Origin: an uncultured archaeon
GTDB lineage: Archaea > Asgardarchaeota > Hermodarchaeia > Hermodarchaeales > Hermodarchaeaceae
Assembly (NCBI GenBank): GCA_964347045.1
Contig: CAYFXC010000010.1
Coordinates: forward strand, 41,940 to 105,939
Length of the DNA stretch: 64,000 bases
Direction: 5' to 3'
The notes under the pieces were generated by a model. The model was not told where the DNA came from. It did not search any database and saw only the letters and a program-made list of their open reading frames with translations. The translations under genes were made by a program, and so were the position numbers. This document shows, piece after piece, positions 1 to 9,874 of this stretch. Every line of letters starts with the position of its first letter. Within the stretch, counting starts at the first letter, position 1.

Positions 1-303
1 TGAAGCCCCCATAAAATATCCAGACCAGATGAAAGGCTTACGTTTTTGGATCTTATCGGATAAAAATCCAGAAAACCCTTTGGAAACATTAACGACAAAA
101 TCACCAATACCATCAACTAATCCAAGGATTAAAGGAGCAAGTCCGGGAGGAGCAAGAAGAGCAACGAAAACAGGCCAAATAGAAAAGACAATATCAGAGC
201 CCATATCATTCAGAAATGATGCTGTTCCAAAGATTTGAACCACATGACGTTCATTAGGCAATTGACTAATGAAGTCTTCCCGAGTTTCTTTTTGATCGTT
301 CAA
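1..303 (-). CDS. MFS transporter, N-terminal part (runs off the window edge)
   Basis: Hand translation from TTG at 303: ...ASFLNDMGSDIVFSIWPVFV...GFSGFLSDKIQKRKPFIWSGY. Contains an MFS motif-A-like G-x-L-S-D-K-x-x-K-R-K and hydrophobic helices. Not in the ORF track. Confidence 0.8.
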   Translation of the reverse strand, partial: MNDQKETREDFISQLPNERHVVQIFGTASFLNDMGSDIVFSIWPVFVALLAPPGLAPLILGLVDGIGDFVVNVSKGFSGFLSDKIQKRKPFIWSGYFMGAS

Positions 304-469
304 TGTTACAGCTCCGGTGAGGAAGAGTATCCAACCATAACTTAAGGGCTGCTGGCTGGTTCGACGTGAACTCGAAACTTACACGCTGTGCAACTCCCAA
401 TAGCGTTTCCTCTGAATAAACGATAATTCGTCGTCCATCAGGTTCAAAGGTTATTTGTACTTCAGCCAA
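266..469 (-). pseudogene. Probable remnant of a 2Fe-2S ferredoxin-like N-terminus (as in ASKHA/RACo-type proteins)
   Basis: VQITFEPDGRRIIVYSEETLLGVAQR resembles a 2Fe-2S domain start, but the expected CGGxGxCGxC never follows. The 3' end overlaps the MFS gene. Confidence 0.35.
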
Positions 470-617
470 GATCGTTGCACTCCATCCAAATAATTATTAG
501 GAAGTTAGTATTTTTTTTCCATTACTTGACCATTGAAATTTTAAACAGTTATGTATATGTTATCATTGTAGAATATAAAGGAAAAAGCACATACAGTAAA
601 TAGTCTTTATCCTAGAG

Positions 618-872
618 GTGACATTTGACTTGGCAGAATCTCCACCCCCTGAAATACCACCACCCTCGACTCCTCCAACACCACCACCGGCTGAACCGAA
701 GCCTGAAGAAAAACCCCTTGCCCCGGATCAGTGTCCCCGTTGCCGAAGTGATGCAACCACAATTCTCCGAAAAGTGCCCATCGCCTACGGCCATGAAATC
801 ACACGAAAATGCGATAAATGCGGCAATATCTGGAAATATACTTCCAAGTTTGGCGCCGGTGCCTGGCCTTAG
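618..872 (+). CDS. Pro-rich small zinc-ribbon protein
   Basis: PPPEIPPPSTPPTPPP, then CPRC...CDKCGNIW. Confidence 0.7.
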   Translation: MTFDLAESPPPEIPPPSTPPTPPPAEPKPEEKPLAPDQCPRCRSDATTILRKVPIAYGHEITRKCDKCGNIWKYTSKFGAGAWP

Positions 873-992
873 ATCCATCCTAAATCTTCAAAGGGATTCG
901 CAAGGGAACTATTCAAGATGCTATTACTTGACCTTGAGTGACAAAAACGAACAATAAGATCAAAAAGGTTTTTTTAAAAAAAACAATGGAAT

Positions 993-1220
993 TTAGGCTT
1001 TCTCAAAGCCATAACATGATGATTTGTCTGGGAGTACCAGAAAATTATTATTGCCAGTTTTGGCAAATGGATTTACTGCAGTGCACATGCCGCTTTTTCG
1101 ATCATAGTATTTACATTCGAGACAAATTGACTTAGTACTCATTTCATCAGGCATGATCCTCATTTTCAAAGGATCAGTTTTGCGTGCTTTGGATTTTTTG
1201 CTCATAACACATTTCACCAC
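993..1220 (-). CDS. Small Cys-rich (putative metal-binding) hypothetical protein
   Basis: CLECKYY...C...SSCYGF pattern; start may be the ATG at 1205. Confidence 0.55.
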   Translation of the reverse strand: MVKCVMSKKSKARKTDPLKMRIMPDEMSTKSICLECKYYDRKSGMCTAVNPFAKTGNNNFLVLPDKSSCYGFEKA

Positions 1221-1340
1221 ATGAATTGTAATTCGAGTAGGGTTGAGAGTTAGCTAAAACCTTTTCCATCGCTGGACTTTCAAAAAAAGCTACATCCAAA
1301 TAGAACCCCTTGTTAATGAGCTTAGTGTGGTGGATATGGC

Positions 1341-1865
1341 ATGCGTGATCATCAACCATCTAAGTCATTTGAGAAAGAAGTAATAATGGGACTTGTTTCA
1401 CAAATCGCCCAGCGGATTAGCACTCAGAAGGCAACCTTGATGGTAGCTGAATCAGCAACCGGGGGGTTAATTCAACACCTTCTAACACAGATACCAGGAA
1501 GCTCGGAATTTTATCTAGGCGGTATTGTAGCCTATTCGAATGAACTCAAACATCGATTATTACAAGTCCCCAAAGCTACTATCAATAAGTATGGGGCTGT
1601 CAGTTCTGAAACAGTAGCAGCCATGGCCAACGGAGTGAGGTTATGGACAAAATCGGATTATGGACTTGCCGCTTCGGGAATAGCTGGTCCAACTGGAGGT
1701 ACTTCAATAAAACCTGTTGGACTGGTGTTTGTGGCTGTTTCCCACCATTCCTTTGAAACGATAACCCAACAACATAATTTCAGGGGAGACCGACAAAGCA
1801 ACAAATTAAATTTTAGTCGAGTAGCTCTCCAACTATTACTAGAGAGCATCAGACATGAAGAATAG
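1341..1865 (+). CDS. cinA: CinA C-terminal domain protein / NMN deamidase (PncC)
   Basis: AESATGGLI, GSSEFYLGGIVAYSNE, GAVS, SGIAGPTGG, KPVGLVFVA. Confidence 0.9.
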   Translation: MRDHQPSKSFEKEVIMGLVSQIAQRISTQKATLMVAESATGGLIQHLLTQIPGSSEFYLGGIVAYSNELKHRLLQVPKATINKYGAVSSETVAAMANGVRLWTKSDYGLAASGIAGPTGGTSIKPVGLVFVAVSHHSFETITQQHNFRGDRQSNKLNFSRVALQLLLESIRHEE

Positions 1866-1928
1866 ATGCTTCCTAATCGTAATGACGGAAATCTCTTAAG
1901 GTGCTTCATATCAAGACACTTGAAAGTG

Positions 1929-2837
1929 ATGGCGCCTCCCTCTAGTTATCCCTATCATCTTGAGTCTCCAGTATTTCGCCCACCCAGTGAAGCTAATAGC
2001 TTGATTTTACAAGCCACACTCGGCTGCTCTCATAATGCCTGCACATTTTGTGGAAGCTACAAGACGAAGCAATTCAAAGTCAAACCGTTCGCCCAATTTA
2101 ATAATGAAGTAGTACACCTTTCCCGAGATTATGAAATCAAACCGCAAAGAATTTTCCTTGCAGATGGAGATGCTCTCGTCCTTTCTACCCCTCAATTACT
2201 ACAAATTCTAAACTTGCTAATTACAGAATTTCCCGATGTTAAACGAATTAGTATCTATGCCAGTGGGACTAACGTTCAACAAAAATCCGATGAGGAACTT
2301 GCTCAAATTCGAAAAGCAGGCCTTGAGTTGATCTATATCGGCCTGGAATCGGGTGACGATGAGGTCCTACAAAAGATCAACAAAGGAATTACAAACAAAG
2401 AACATATTATTGCCTGTCGACGGTTATCTCAGGCGGGATTCACTTTGTCCCCAATTATCATTTTGGGGCTAGGTGGTAGAACCCTTAGCCACCAACATGC
2501 ATTACAAACAGCAGCAACTATCAATGCTATCGATCCACCTTATTTGGCAGCATTGACACTTATGCTCGTGCCAGGAACAGAGCTTTATGCTCAAGCGAAA
2601 CAAGGAAAATTTGAACCTCTTAATCCACTTGAAATCCTTCAAGAACTTCGGACCCTAATTAATCAACTAACAGACCTATCAAAGTGCGTGTTTAGAACCA
2701 ATCATGCCTCGAATTATCTTGCTCTCCGAGGTGTACTATCACGTGACCGAAAAAAGCTTTTAGACATAATAGATTCTGTGCTCTCAGATCCTGATGTCAC
2801 GAGTCGGTTACGTCCTGAATATATTAGAGGTTTGTAG
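1929..2837 (+). CDS. Radical SAM protein
   Basis: VFRPPSEANSLILQATLGCSHNACTFC, FLADGDAL, GLESG, FRTNHASNYL. The ORF track starts at 1866; ATG 1929 looks more likely. Confidence 0.9.
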   Translation: MAPPSSYPYHLESPVFRPPSEANSLILQATLGCSHNACTFCGSYKTKQFKVKPFAQFNNEVVHLSRDYEIKPQRIFLADGDALVLSTPQLLQILNLLITEFPDVKRISIYASGTNVQQKSDEELAQIRKAGLELIYIGLESGDDEVLQKINKGITNKEHIIACRRLSQAGFTLSPIIILGLGGRTLSHQHALQTAATINAIDPPYLAALTLMLVPGTELYAQAKQGKFEPLNPLEILQELRTLINQLTDLSKCVFRTNHASNYLALRGVLSRDRKKLLDIIDSVLSDPDVTSRLRPEYIRGL

Positions 2838-2897
2838 GAAAGGTTTAACTCAAGGAATAGAAAGCCTAGCGTAAACAGTATTTGGAGTCTGATTCGG

Positions 2898-3077
2898 ATG
2901 AGTCTCGATCCAGAAGATTACGACCCCCTTGATCGACTTGGTCCTCGCCCCACTCAACCAAAAGAAGTACCACGAAAAATTGACGCTGATATCGTTGCAT
3001 TACTCCGTCAAATCATTGTTCGTGTTGAACAATTAGAGAAAGATATGCGTCGAGTCAAAGAAATCCTAAAAATCTAA
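2898..3077 (+). CDS. 59-aa hypothetical protein with C-terminal coiled coil
   Basis: Hand translation MSLDPEDYDPLDRLGPRPTQPKEVPRKIDADIVALLRQIIVRVEQLEKDMRRVKEILKI; GGAG upstream; fills an intergenic gap. Confidence 0.6.
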   Translation: MSLDPEDYDPLDRLGPRPTQPKEVPRKIDADIVALLRQIIVRVEQLEKDMRRVKEILKI

Positions 3078-3083
3078 GTAAGT

Positions 3084-5039
3084 TTAGACAGCCTGTGACC
3101 TTCGTCGCCAGAAGATAATAAGAATAATTGATGCTACTACAACTATTCCAACACCACTGACAATTAAAAAGAGAATCGGAAAAGTGGGACTTATGGTAAG
3201 CAAAATAGTATCGGTTTCATATTGGCACAGAAGAAGCCGAGATGGGTCAAGAAAGAGTCTCAGAGGCATGTCAGCAGTTTCAACCTCAACCGTGAGTGTT
3301 GATGCTTCCAGTGGTTGATTTGACCACAATTCAATAAAATCACCTGACACGGTTTCAATGGATATCGGGATATAAAGTGTTACAAGTGAAGATTGAAGTT
3401 GATGAATTTGGAAGGTTGTCGTCCAGCCGGTTCCACTAGGTTGCGTTGAAGCTGCTCCCAAACTGAGTGTTACAACACCGCTTCCATATACCCAGGAATC
3501 AAAGAACCAATCCAGTGATTCCCCCACAATGTTTTCAAAGAATTGTTGTAGTGTTCGGGTTCGAATATTTTGATGTTTGGCTTGCGAGTAGATATATTGC
3601 CATGCTTGATAGAAGGTTTCATTTCCAATTTGGTGACGGAGAAGATCATAGACTAAGGCACTTTTTGCATAGACAATACGCCCGTAGGAAAACCAATCTG
3701 TGGTTTGCCAATAAGCCATTGATTGATTAACGATTTTGTCCCCTTCTACGCTGACGTATTCCCAATAGCGCTCCAAATCACCTAGACGATAATCAGCGCG
3801 TGCTGTCAATCCATAGACATGTTCGACCCAAACATATTCACAATACGATGCAAATCCTTCGTCGAGCCAAGGTTCAGTAAAGCTATCTGTCCCCAGAATG
3901 AAAGGTATCCATTCATGTCCAATTTCGTGAGCTGTTACTGAAGCGAGATATGACAAACCAGAAGGATTGTCATAGAGACTTCTCCCAATCATAACTAATT
4001 GTGGATATTCCATTCCACCTGACCAAAAATCAACTTCTACTATGGCAAGGTTGTTCCAAGGGTAGAGTCCAAATAAACGTCCAAAGATTTCCAGACATTC
4101 CTCAGCGACTTCAAGTACTCGCAGTCCTCCCTCAGCATGTTGTGGTGCATGGTAACTTGTGACATTCACACCATTTGTAACAACACTTTCCGATTCATAG
4201 TGTGGACTCGCACACCAAGTGAAATCATTCACTGGTCCCGTTGTAAAATTCCATGTTCGAGTGGAGATGCCAGAGGTTATTGTCAGAAGTTGTCCTGTTG
4301 CAGCAATAATGAAATCATCGGGGACCGTTATCGAAACATCATAGATGGCAACGTCGCTGTAGAAACTCTCTCCCATGTAAGAGTAAGTGTTCGTATCCCA
4401 ACCTCGCTCATCATAAACAGCAACAACAGGATGCCAATTGCCCATATTATAGGCCACAAAGTTGTAAGGTTCAGTACGATTGGTCCACCCAAATCGGTCA
4501 AATTGATTAGGGACCGTGATTTCCCAAACAATCGATAATGTCACATTGGCACCAGGACTTAATGCACCCGGACCTGCACCACCGACAAGATCCACTTTCA
4601 TGATGGTTAGATTAGAGCCCATAATGATATAATTAAGTGAATTACTATCATGGATAACATCGGTTACATCAATCCAGCCATTAGGCCGGAATGCATTCGG
4701 ATATAGATGAAAATATAATTCCGTTAGAATATCTTCTGCATGGTTCACATAGGTGATTGTCGATATTCCTGTTACGACGTGACTTGAATCGATGAGCAAA
4801 GCACTAATCGAATAGTTTGTAATAGGTGACGGAGCACCCATAGGAGCGCGATAGTCCAAAGTTGTTGCTTGAACCTCATCATTTCTATTAATCAAGGGGG
4901 TTTGCTTTACACCAAGTTGAAGATCATAAGATTTTCCAAGGAAGGTAGCGGGAGTAATGATAGGTACCATTGCTGGAAAAATAAGAGAAGCAACGATTGC
5001 ATACACAAGAATAAGCTCGAAAGCATCACGAAGTCGCAT
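3084..5039 (-). CDS. Secreted, membrane-anchored M1 family metallo-aminopeptidase
   Basis: GGMEYP and HEIGHEW...WLDEG zinc motifs; N-terminal signal/TM; C-terminal TM followed by RRR. Confidence 0.9.
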   Translation of the reverse strand: MRLRDAFELILVYAIVASLIFPAMVPIITPATFLGKSYDLQLGVKQTPLINRNDEVQATTLDYRAPMGAPSPITNYSISALLIDSSHVVTGISTITYVNHAEDILTELYFHLYPNAFRPNGWIDVTDVIHDSNSLNYIIMGSNLTIMKVDLVGGAGPGALSPGANVTLSIVWEITVPNQFDRFGWTNRTEPYNFVAYNMGNWHPVVAVYDERGWDTNTYSYMGESFYSDVAIYDVSITVPDDFIIAATGQLLTITSGISTRTWNFTTGPVNDFTWCASPHYESESVVTNGVNVTSYHAPQHAEGGLRVLEVAEECLEIFGRLFGLYPWNNLAIVEVDFWSGGMEYPQLVMIGRSLYDNPSGLSYLASVTAHEIGHEWIPFILGTDSFTEPWLDEGFASYCEYVWVEHVYGLTARADYRLGDLERYWEYVSVEGDKIVNQSMAYWQTTDWFSYGRIVYAKSALVYDLLRHQIGNETFYQAWQYIYSQAKHQNIRTRTLQQFFENIVGESLDWFFDSWVYGSGVVTLSLGAASTQPSGTGWTTTFQIHQLQSSLVTLYIPISIETVSGDFIELWSNQPLEASTLTVEVETADMPLRLFLDPSRLLLCQYETDTILLTISPTFPILFLIVSGVGIVVVASIILIIFWRRRSQAV

Positions 5040-5171
5040 CTTTAGAGCAACCAACTTTTGTGAGCACTTGTAGAATAAAAGGGAAAAAGTATTCGAAGGG
5101 TGCAAATGCCCCCTTCATGGGAGTAAAAAACTTCTGATACAAGAATCAAAAAGTCTTCCTTCAGTGGAAGA

Positions 5172-5321
5172 TTAAGCTTCTTCAGGAACATCTGGGAATT
5201 CGTAGCCACAACTTGGGCAAGCAATTGAACCACAGGCTTTAGCCATCATACAGCCTGCACAACCTGTTGCTTGTGCTTTTTCGAATGTCTGGCCACACAT
5301 GGGGCATCGGTAATTTGTCAT
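5172..5321 (-). CDS. 49-aa Cys-rich microprotein downstream of feoB
   Basis: Hand translation MTNYRCPMCGQTFEKAQATGCAGCMMAKACGSIACPSCGYEFPDVPEEA; GGAGG RBS upstream. Confidence 0.8.
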   Translation of the reverse strand: MTNYRCPMCGQTFEKAQATGCAGCMMAKACGSIACPSCGYEFPDVPEEA

Positions 5322-5384
5322 GTTTTTGTTCCTCCAACGCATATTTCAAATTATGAAATCTACCCAATAATCACCTTTTGAAGC

Positions 5385-7583
5385 TTATGGAAATCCCAGT
5401 CCGATGAGTATCCAGTTTGCCATACCACCGAAAAGAATGGCAAGGGAGATGGTTGTAAAGGCAAGCATGATTGTATATCTCCAGCGGTATTCACGCGCAA
5501 GAACTGCAATTGTTGCAATACATGGAATATAGATCGTAGTCACAAGAGCGAAGACAAATAGTTGACGTGCTGTCATAAAAGCATTCAGAGGACCATTTGC
5601 GAGGATGATTAAGAGTTCGACAGTGAGTTCTTTTCGAAGAATCCCGTAGATTAAGGCTGCGGCAGTTTCTGGAGGTAGACCAAGCCACCCGACAATGAGG
5701 GGGGCAGTCATGAGGCTAAACATGTGTAGATAGGAGAATTGCGGAGTAGGAAAATTTAGTAGAAGTCCCAGAATTGCACCACCTATGATGATGAGGGGGA
5801 GTGCTATGAATACAAACTCACGGAAGCGCATCCATGTTTTTTTCATTGTAGGCTTAAATCGGGGTGCACGAAGTGGAGGTATTTCCATTACGAGTCCATG
5901 AGATGCACCAGGAAGAGTATGCTGAAGAAGTGCTCCTAATCCTATGATAATTGCAAGGACGATACCAAGAATAATGAAGGCAAAAAAGATTGAGCCGAAT
6001 AAACCTACAGTTCCAAGAATAACAGCAAGTTGAGCCGAACAAGGAACGAGAACTACAAGCAATCCAGCAATGATTCTTTCTCTACGAGTATTGAGAATTC
6101 GTGTACTGAGAACAGCAGGTACGTTACAGCCCATTCCGGTGAGTAAGGGAATAATTGCCCGTCCATGCAGCCCAAGGCGATGCATGAAGGCATCAAGTAA
6201 AAATGCAATTCGAGCCATATAGCCTGTGTCTTCGAGAATGGAGAGGATAATGTAGAAGGTGGCAACGAACGGAACAGCTATGAACAGCCACGCTTGGATT
6301 CCGAGTACAAGTCCAAAATAGAGAATGATTTGGATAATTGGCGATGGAATGAAAGCTACAATGAGGTATTGAGCTGTAGGGTTGATGAAGGTTTCCCAGA
6401 ATTCACCTAAAGTTGCTTCAAAAATAGCTCCTACACCGAACATAAGTAGGATGGATCCAATGAGAATTAGCATTGCAATAGGGAGTCCAATCATTCGATG
6501 AGTAAGTATAGTTGAAATTTGCTCAGTTAGGGGAACTCGTTCTCCTTTCCCTTTTTGGACTTGTTCAGTAATGTATATTGTATATTGATGCCGTTTTTCT
6601 CCAAGTACCAAAACGATATCTGCATCAAATTCTCTTTCGATTTCTTGCCGAGTTGCATCAACAAGTTTCATCGCTTTTTCTGATTCTAGTTCTTCCTCGA
6701 CATAATCCCCACATTCAGCATATTCTTCAAGAAGTTGTAGAGAGAAAATTCGTAATGGCAAGCTAGCTAGTCGTATCTGCATTTGACTAAGTTGTTGTTC
6801 TAACTTCCGGAGTTTAGCTTCAATACCATCTGGGAATAGTAATCGCCGTGGGTGTTGACGAGATTTTTCAACAGAACCGGCTTTTGCAGCAGTACTTAGT
6901 AGCAGTTTCAGATTTTTTCCCTGAATTGCCACAGTAGGAATAACAGGAACTCCCAACAAGGTTTCAAGTTTTCTTTCATCAATTTCAATACCCATTCGTC
7001 GGGCAAGATCCACTTGGTTTAAACAAACTACAAGCGGGATATTAAATTCTAATAATGCAGTGGTAAGAAGAAGGTTTCGAGCGAGGTTGGTAGCGTCGAC
7101 AACGTTGACGATAACATCAGGAGTGTCTTGTTGCAGGTACCTGAGGGTGACTTTTTCATCTTTAGTTGCTGGACTAATGATAGTATAGGAGCCTGGTAAA
7201 TCCACAATATCAAGACTTATCACTTCTGATTCTGCTTTAAAATCGTTTTTTGTCCATCTACGAAATCGGCGACCAAATCTCTGTCTTCTCCTCCCGCGCT
7301 GAGGCGGGTCAGCTTCTTCAGTATTAGATGATGTTTCCCATTCCCTAGTTTCAGTAAGTCCCTTAGGCGAATAAATATCGTGATGGGCAAGATAGACTTT
7401 GCCTTGAAGAATTTTTACGGTTGTACCGGGATAATTCGAAACAATGGCACCAAGACCAGTCCAATAATTGAAAATAACGCTTTTCCCAACATTTGGTTGA
7501 CCAACTAAGCCTATTCGTATATGATCCTTTTTCTGATGTCGAATTAGTTGTCGTTGTTTTCCCTTTCGGGAAACCTTCACCAT
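5385..7583 (-). CDS. feoB: Ferrous iron transporter FeoB
   Basis: GQPNVGKS, NYPGTTV, DLPGSY, LEDTGYMARIA, GMGCNVPA, PCSAQ, YIPCIAT. Confidence 0.97.
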   Translation of the reverse strand: MVKVSRKGKQRQLIRHQKKDHIRIGLVGQPNVGKSVIFNYWTGLGAIVSNYPGTTVKILQGKVYLAHHDIYSPKGLTETREWETSSNTEEADPPQRGRRRQRFGRRFRRWTKNDFKAESEVISLDIVDLPGSYTIISPATKDEKVTLRYLQQDTPDVIVNVVDATNLARNLLLTTALLEFNIPLVVCLNQVDLARRMGIEIDERKLETLLGVPVIPTVAIQGKNLKLLLSTAAKAGSVEKSRQHPRRLLFPDGIEAKLRKLEQQLSQMQIRLASLPLRIFSLQLLEEYAECGDYVEEELESEKAMKLVDATRQEIEREFDADIVLVLGEKRHQYTIYITEQVQKGKGERVPLTEQISTILTHRMIGLPIAMLILIGSILLMFGVGAIFEATLGEFWETFINPTAQYLIVAFIPSPIIQIILYFGLVLGIQAWLFIAVPFVATFYIILSILEDTGYMARIAFLLDAFMHRLGLHGRAIIPLLTGMGCNVPAVLSTRILNTRRERIIAGLLVVLVPCSAQLAVILGTVGLFGSIFFAFIILGIVLAIIIGLGALLQHTLPGASHGLVMEIPPLRAPRFKPTMKKTWMRFREFVFIALPLIIIGGAILGLLLNFPTPQFSYLHMFSLMTAPLIVGWLGLPPETAAALIYGILRKELTVELLIILANGPLNAFMTARQLFVFALVTTIYIPCIATIAVLAREYRWRYTIMLAFTTISLAILFGGMANWILIGLGFP

Positions 7584-7602
7584 TCACCCGCTCCGAAAGA
7601 GT

Positions 7603-8346
7603 CTATTTAGAAAGATTACGATGGACTCGTATTCGTTTCGCAAGGGTAGAGCTTAAGGCAAAATGGGCAGTTCCTACTTCAATAAGGAGGGTGTCTCCAA
7701 TTGGGGAAATTTGGATAACACGGACAGTTTCACCAGGAAGTATACCCATTGAAGAAAGCATTCTTAGTATATCGATATTCTCATCGCTGATACAATCGAT
7801 GATTGCTGTTTCGCCTTGTTCTAGGGCAGCCAAATTTAATTTTGATCGAGAAGATACAGTTCCATCCGAGTCTGGAATGGGATTGCCATGTGGGCACCTA
7901 GCAGGGCCTTCGAGCTTTTCGAGAACTTTGTTACAGAGTTCTGGAGTGAGCATGTGCTCCCATTCACAAGCAACTTCGTGAGCTTCCTCCCAGCTAACTC
8001 CTAAAAGGTCAACAAGAAGTCGTTCTGCAACTCGATGACGACGCAGGACATCGAGTGCAAGTTTCCGACCCTTCGCGGTTAAGCGCACTCCTTTATTTTT
8101 CTCATATTTCAAATAGGATTTCTCAGCCAGCTTTTGCACCATTTGTGTCACACTTGCCGGTTTAACATTCAAAGCTTCGGCAAGCTCACCAGTTTTGGCA
8201 TATTTTTCATCGTGTTGAAGAAGCCGAAAGATTGCTTCAAGATACTCCTCAATATTCGCACTTGGAATATCGTATTTGCTGGTTATAGGTGAAGAATTGG
8301 GATCTTCTTTTTTAGCTTCTAGTTGGTTTTGAGGATCAGGAGTCAT
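7603..8346 (-). CDS. DtxR/IdeR/MntR family metal-dependent regulator with C-terminal FeoA domain
   Basis: EEYLEAI, LAEALNVKPASVT, RRHRVAERLL, EACEWEH, CPHGNPIP, then a FeoA-like LSSMGILPGETV. Confidence 0.93.
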   Translation of the reverse strand: MTPDPQNQLEAKKEDPNSSPITSKYDIPSANIEEYLEAIFRLLQHDEKYAKTGELAEALNVKPASVTQMVQKLAEKSYLKYEKNKGVRLTAKGRKLALDVLRRHRVAERLLVDLLGVSWEEAHEVACEWEHMLTPELCNKVLEKLEGPARCPHGNPIPDSDGTVSSRSKLNLAALEQGETAIIDCISDENIDILRMLSSMGILPGETVRVIQISPIGDTLLIEVGTAHFALSSTLAKRIRVHRNLSK

Positions 8347-8353
8347 ATCACAA

Positions 8354-8371
8354 ATTTAGGCGAGCCTAAAT
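8354..8371. promoter_or_regulatory. Putative DtxR-family operator next to the TATA box of the dtxR-feoB operon
   Basis: Perfect inverted repeat ATTTAGGC-GA-GCCTAAAT with TTAGG...CCTAA arms; minus-strand TTTATA at 8371-8376; weaker copy at ~8388-8405. Confidence 0.75.
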
Positions 8372-8410
8372 ATAAATTTTTACATATTGTTAGGGGTGCC
8401 AAAATAGTCA

Positions 8411-9322
8411 TCAAACAAAACCTAGCACCTGAGCACACATAAGAAAATATAACACGAATGAACCTACATCACCCCACCTATCCGTAATATCGTCTACGTC
8501 ATCACGTTTTGCAGGTTTACCATTCAAATATAATTGTGATATAATCTGCCGAATACCTAAATCATCAGCGGGAAAAACTTCCAGTCTTCGAAGGCCTGTT
8601 AAAACGGCCAACTCGGCGGTCCACCTACCAATCCCTCGAAGTGCATCAAGCTGGCTGAGTATAGAATTTGTATCAAGCATACTTAGCGCTTCTAGTTTCA
8701 AAGAGCCTGAAGAAATCGCCTTAAAAAGCCCAATCAGATATGGAGCCTTATATCCAAGTTTACAAGCTCTCAATTCTGCTTCAGATAGGTTCAACAAAGT
8801 TTCCAATGAGGGAAAGCCAAACAGTTTGTCATCGCCAATATAGCATTGCGGACCATAGTCCAGCACAAGCCTCCGAGTTACTTGATTTGCTGATCGAAAA
8901 CTCACCTGCTGCTGTAAAATCGCTTTCACTATAGCCTCAAACAAAGTCGGTTGACTGAAGGGTCGAAGACCACGTAGAGGTTCTTCGAGGTGCGCAATAA
9001 CTGGATCCTTCATGATTTCTTTCAGTACAGGTTGAGTATCAATATCCCACCCTAAAAGCCATTCAATTGAAGTCAAAATTGATCCATAATCACTTCCAAA
9101 TTTCGCAGGCCATTGCAACTGAAGACTTGGATTCGCTCCTTTCCGAAGCTGAATAACGCGAACAGGAATCAACGCATTATTAATTGGTAGGCATCGAGCA
9201 AACTCCCCAGGTCGTTTTTTCTCTGGCGTAGGTTGAATATCAGAGAATACCCAACTATCCACGGTTAAATCCAAATCAAAAGGTCTTTCAAGTTCCACCT
9301 GAAACCCATGAATTTCGGACAT
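8411..9322 (-). CDS. alkA: DNA-3-methyladenine glycosylase II (HhH-GPD family)
   Basis: FEAIVKAILQQQVS, LRGIGRWTAE, FPADDLGI. Confidence 0.9.
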   Translation of the reverse strand: MSEIHGFQVELERPFDLDLTVDSWVFSDIQPTPEKKRPGEFARCLPINNALIPVRVIQLRKGANPSLQLQWPAKFGSDYGSILTSIEWLLGWDIDTQPVLKEIMKDPVIAHLEEPLRGLRPFSQPTLFEAIVKAILQQQVSFRSANQVTRRLVLDYGPQCYIGDDKLFGFPSLETLLNLSEAELRACKLGYKAPYLIGLFKAISSGSLKLEALSMLDTNSILSQLDALRGIGRWTAELAVLTGLRRLEVFPADDLGIRQIISQLYLNGKPAKRDDVDDITDRWGDVGSFVLYFLMCAQVLGFV

Positions 9323-9493
9323 TCATCCACCGGCTTCACTGATTGCCTGAAGACATATTTTATCTTATGCTTCTCGCTTAAAAAAATGTTAAAGCACATG
9401 TTATCAGTTGTTATAGTATGTGGAACAACAGTTCACAACACTTTTAGCCTTATAGATCCAAATAGCAATAATGTTTTTGGAAGTGAAATACAA

Positions 9494-9874
9494 ATGGCAA
9501 TGCTTGGAGTTCAACGTATCATGACAGGACAAAATGTTGAAGCGAGCGACGTGATGCACTGTTTTCTTGGATTACGTACTCTTGAAATAGACGTGTACTT
9601 CTACCTTCTTAAAGGCCAAGCTACTGTAAAAGAAGTTGCAGAAGCCCTCGGGCGTAATCGTAGTTCAATACAACGAGCCATCCAAAACCTTGTTCAACGT
9701 GGATTTGCCCATCGCCGAACTCGTACTTTGCGCAAAGGCGGATATGTATATGTTTATGAAGCGGTCAGCTTAGTTATGATGAAGGATTTGATAAAAGGCG
9801 CCCTTGATTCATTTTATCAGCAAATCGAAGAATTTCTGGATCAATACTGGACCGAATCATCAAAAACAACCTAA
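9494..9874 (+). CDS. TrmB-like (COG3355-type) winged-HTH transcriptional regulator
   Basis: TVKEVAEALGRNRSSIQRAIQNLVQRG...GGYVYVY; start reassigned to ATG 9494. Confidence 0.8.
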   Translation: MAMLGVQRIMTGQNVEASDVMHCFLGLRTLEIDVYFYLLKGQATVKEVAEALGRNRSSIQRAIQNLVQRGFAHRRTRTLRKGGYVYVYEAVSLVMMKDLIKGALDSFYQQIEEFLDQYWTESSKTT

